A stretch of 64,000 bases of DNA from a virus. Each line of letters begins with the position of its first letter. Position 1 is the stretch's first letter. The notes below the pieces were generated by a model, which saw only the letters and a program-made list of their open reading frames with translations, was not told where the DNA came from and ran no database searches. The DNA lies in IMG/VR virus record IMGVR_UViG_3300048999_000052, positions 19,491-83,490 of that record; one strand, written 5' to 3'. A program made the translations under genes and the position numbers. This document shows positions 63,613-64,000 of this stretch, piece after piece.

Positions 63613-63965
63613 TGGCATTCTCGGACTACCAAGTCCATCTGTGGCTGGGCGCGCTGAACGGCTACTACGTCGGCTGCCACTTCGATGACCCGAACCACGC
63701 CGGTGCCTATGCCAGTGAGATCTCCGGGGATGGCTACGTCCGGACTCAGGCGTTCTTCACCGAGCCGTCCAACCGGACGATGTGGAACACCAACGTGTTC
63801 GGCTTCGCTGGCCTGCCTGCCTGCGTGATCACCCACTTCTCGATCTGGGACGCCAAGACCAAGGGCAACCTGCGCGGCAGCATCGAGCTGCCCGATCCGA
63901 AGCGGATCCTGCAGGGTGGCGGCTTCACGATCATCGCTGGTGAGCTAGCGCTGAGCTTCGCCTGA
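63612..63965 (+). CDS. minor tail protein (paralog of 59769)
   Basis: H..DP...GA..E..G.GY.R...ITHF.IWDA.T.GN...GEL.L. Confidence 0.75.
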   Translation: MAFSDYQVHLWLGALNGYYVGCHFDDPNHAGAYASEISGDGYVRTQAFFTEPSNRTMWNTNVFGFAGLPACVITHFSIWDAKTKGNLRGSIELPDPKRILQGGGFTIIAGELALSFA

Positions 63966-63969
63966 ACGC

Positions 63970-64000
63970 AAAAAAAGACAAAAAGGCCCCCTCCGAAGAG
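63970..64000. terminator. probable terminator at the end of the late operon (truncated by the window end)
   Basis: A-tracts followed by the GGCCCCCTC-CGAA-GAG half-hairpin. Confidence 0.45.

Noticed and set aside
1-64000. Stop-codon reassignment or DNA-modification gene cluster
   Set aside because: Genes are intact in code 11 with all three stops used; no methyltransferase or base-modification enzymes recognised

Overview
The window is most of the genome of a high-GC, long-tailed (siphovirus-type) bacteriophage, almost certainly of an actinobacterium (WhiB regulator, DUF6131-like membrane peptide, leaderless TAnnnT promoters, M23 plus lytic-transglycosylase domains in the tape measure). Layout: (1) 1-7650, a leftward arm of tightly overlapping small membrane or Cys-rich genes. 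(2) 7680-8145, a non-coding hub with back-to-back promoters and two apparently structured RNAs, one a ~280-nt rod of seven nested helices. (3) 8561-21900, replication and recombination genes (DnaB-like helicase, primase, gp32-like SSB, DnaE, ParB-like, HNH, Cas4-like exonuclease, RuvC, WhiB). (4) 21700-35180, tail-fibre, accessory virion and lysis genes placed upstream of TerL. (5) 35184-63965, TerL, portal, an expanded head module, capsid, neck, tail, tape measure and minor tail genes. The most striking candidate system is in the head module. The prohead protease appears split between two genes (His/Ser core in 44134-45099; the EVSLVD..AN strand at the scaffold N-terminus, 46484). It is surrounded by polyproteins of cationic Gly-zipper modules delimited by recurrent [VIL]-x-K sites, two of them ending in the same 16-aa tag. 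No integrase, tRNA, CRISPR array or reverse transcriptase was recognised. All family assignments are from motif recognition by eye, not database searches.
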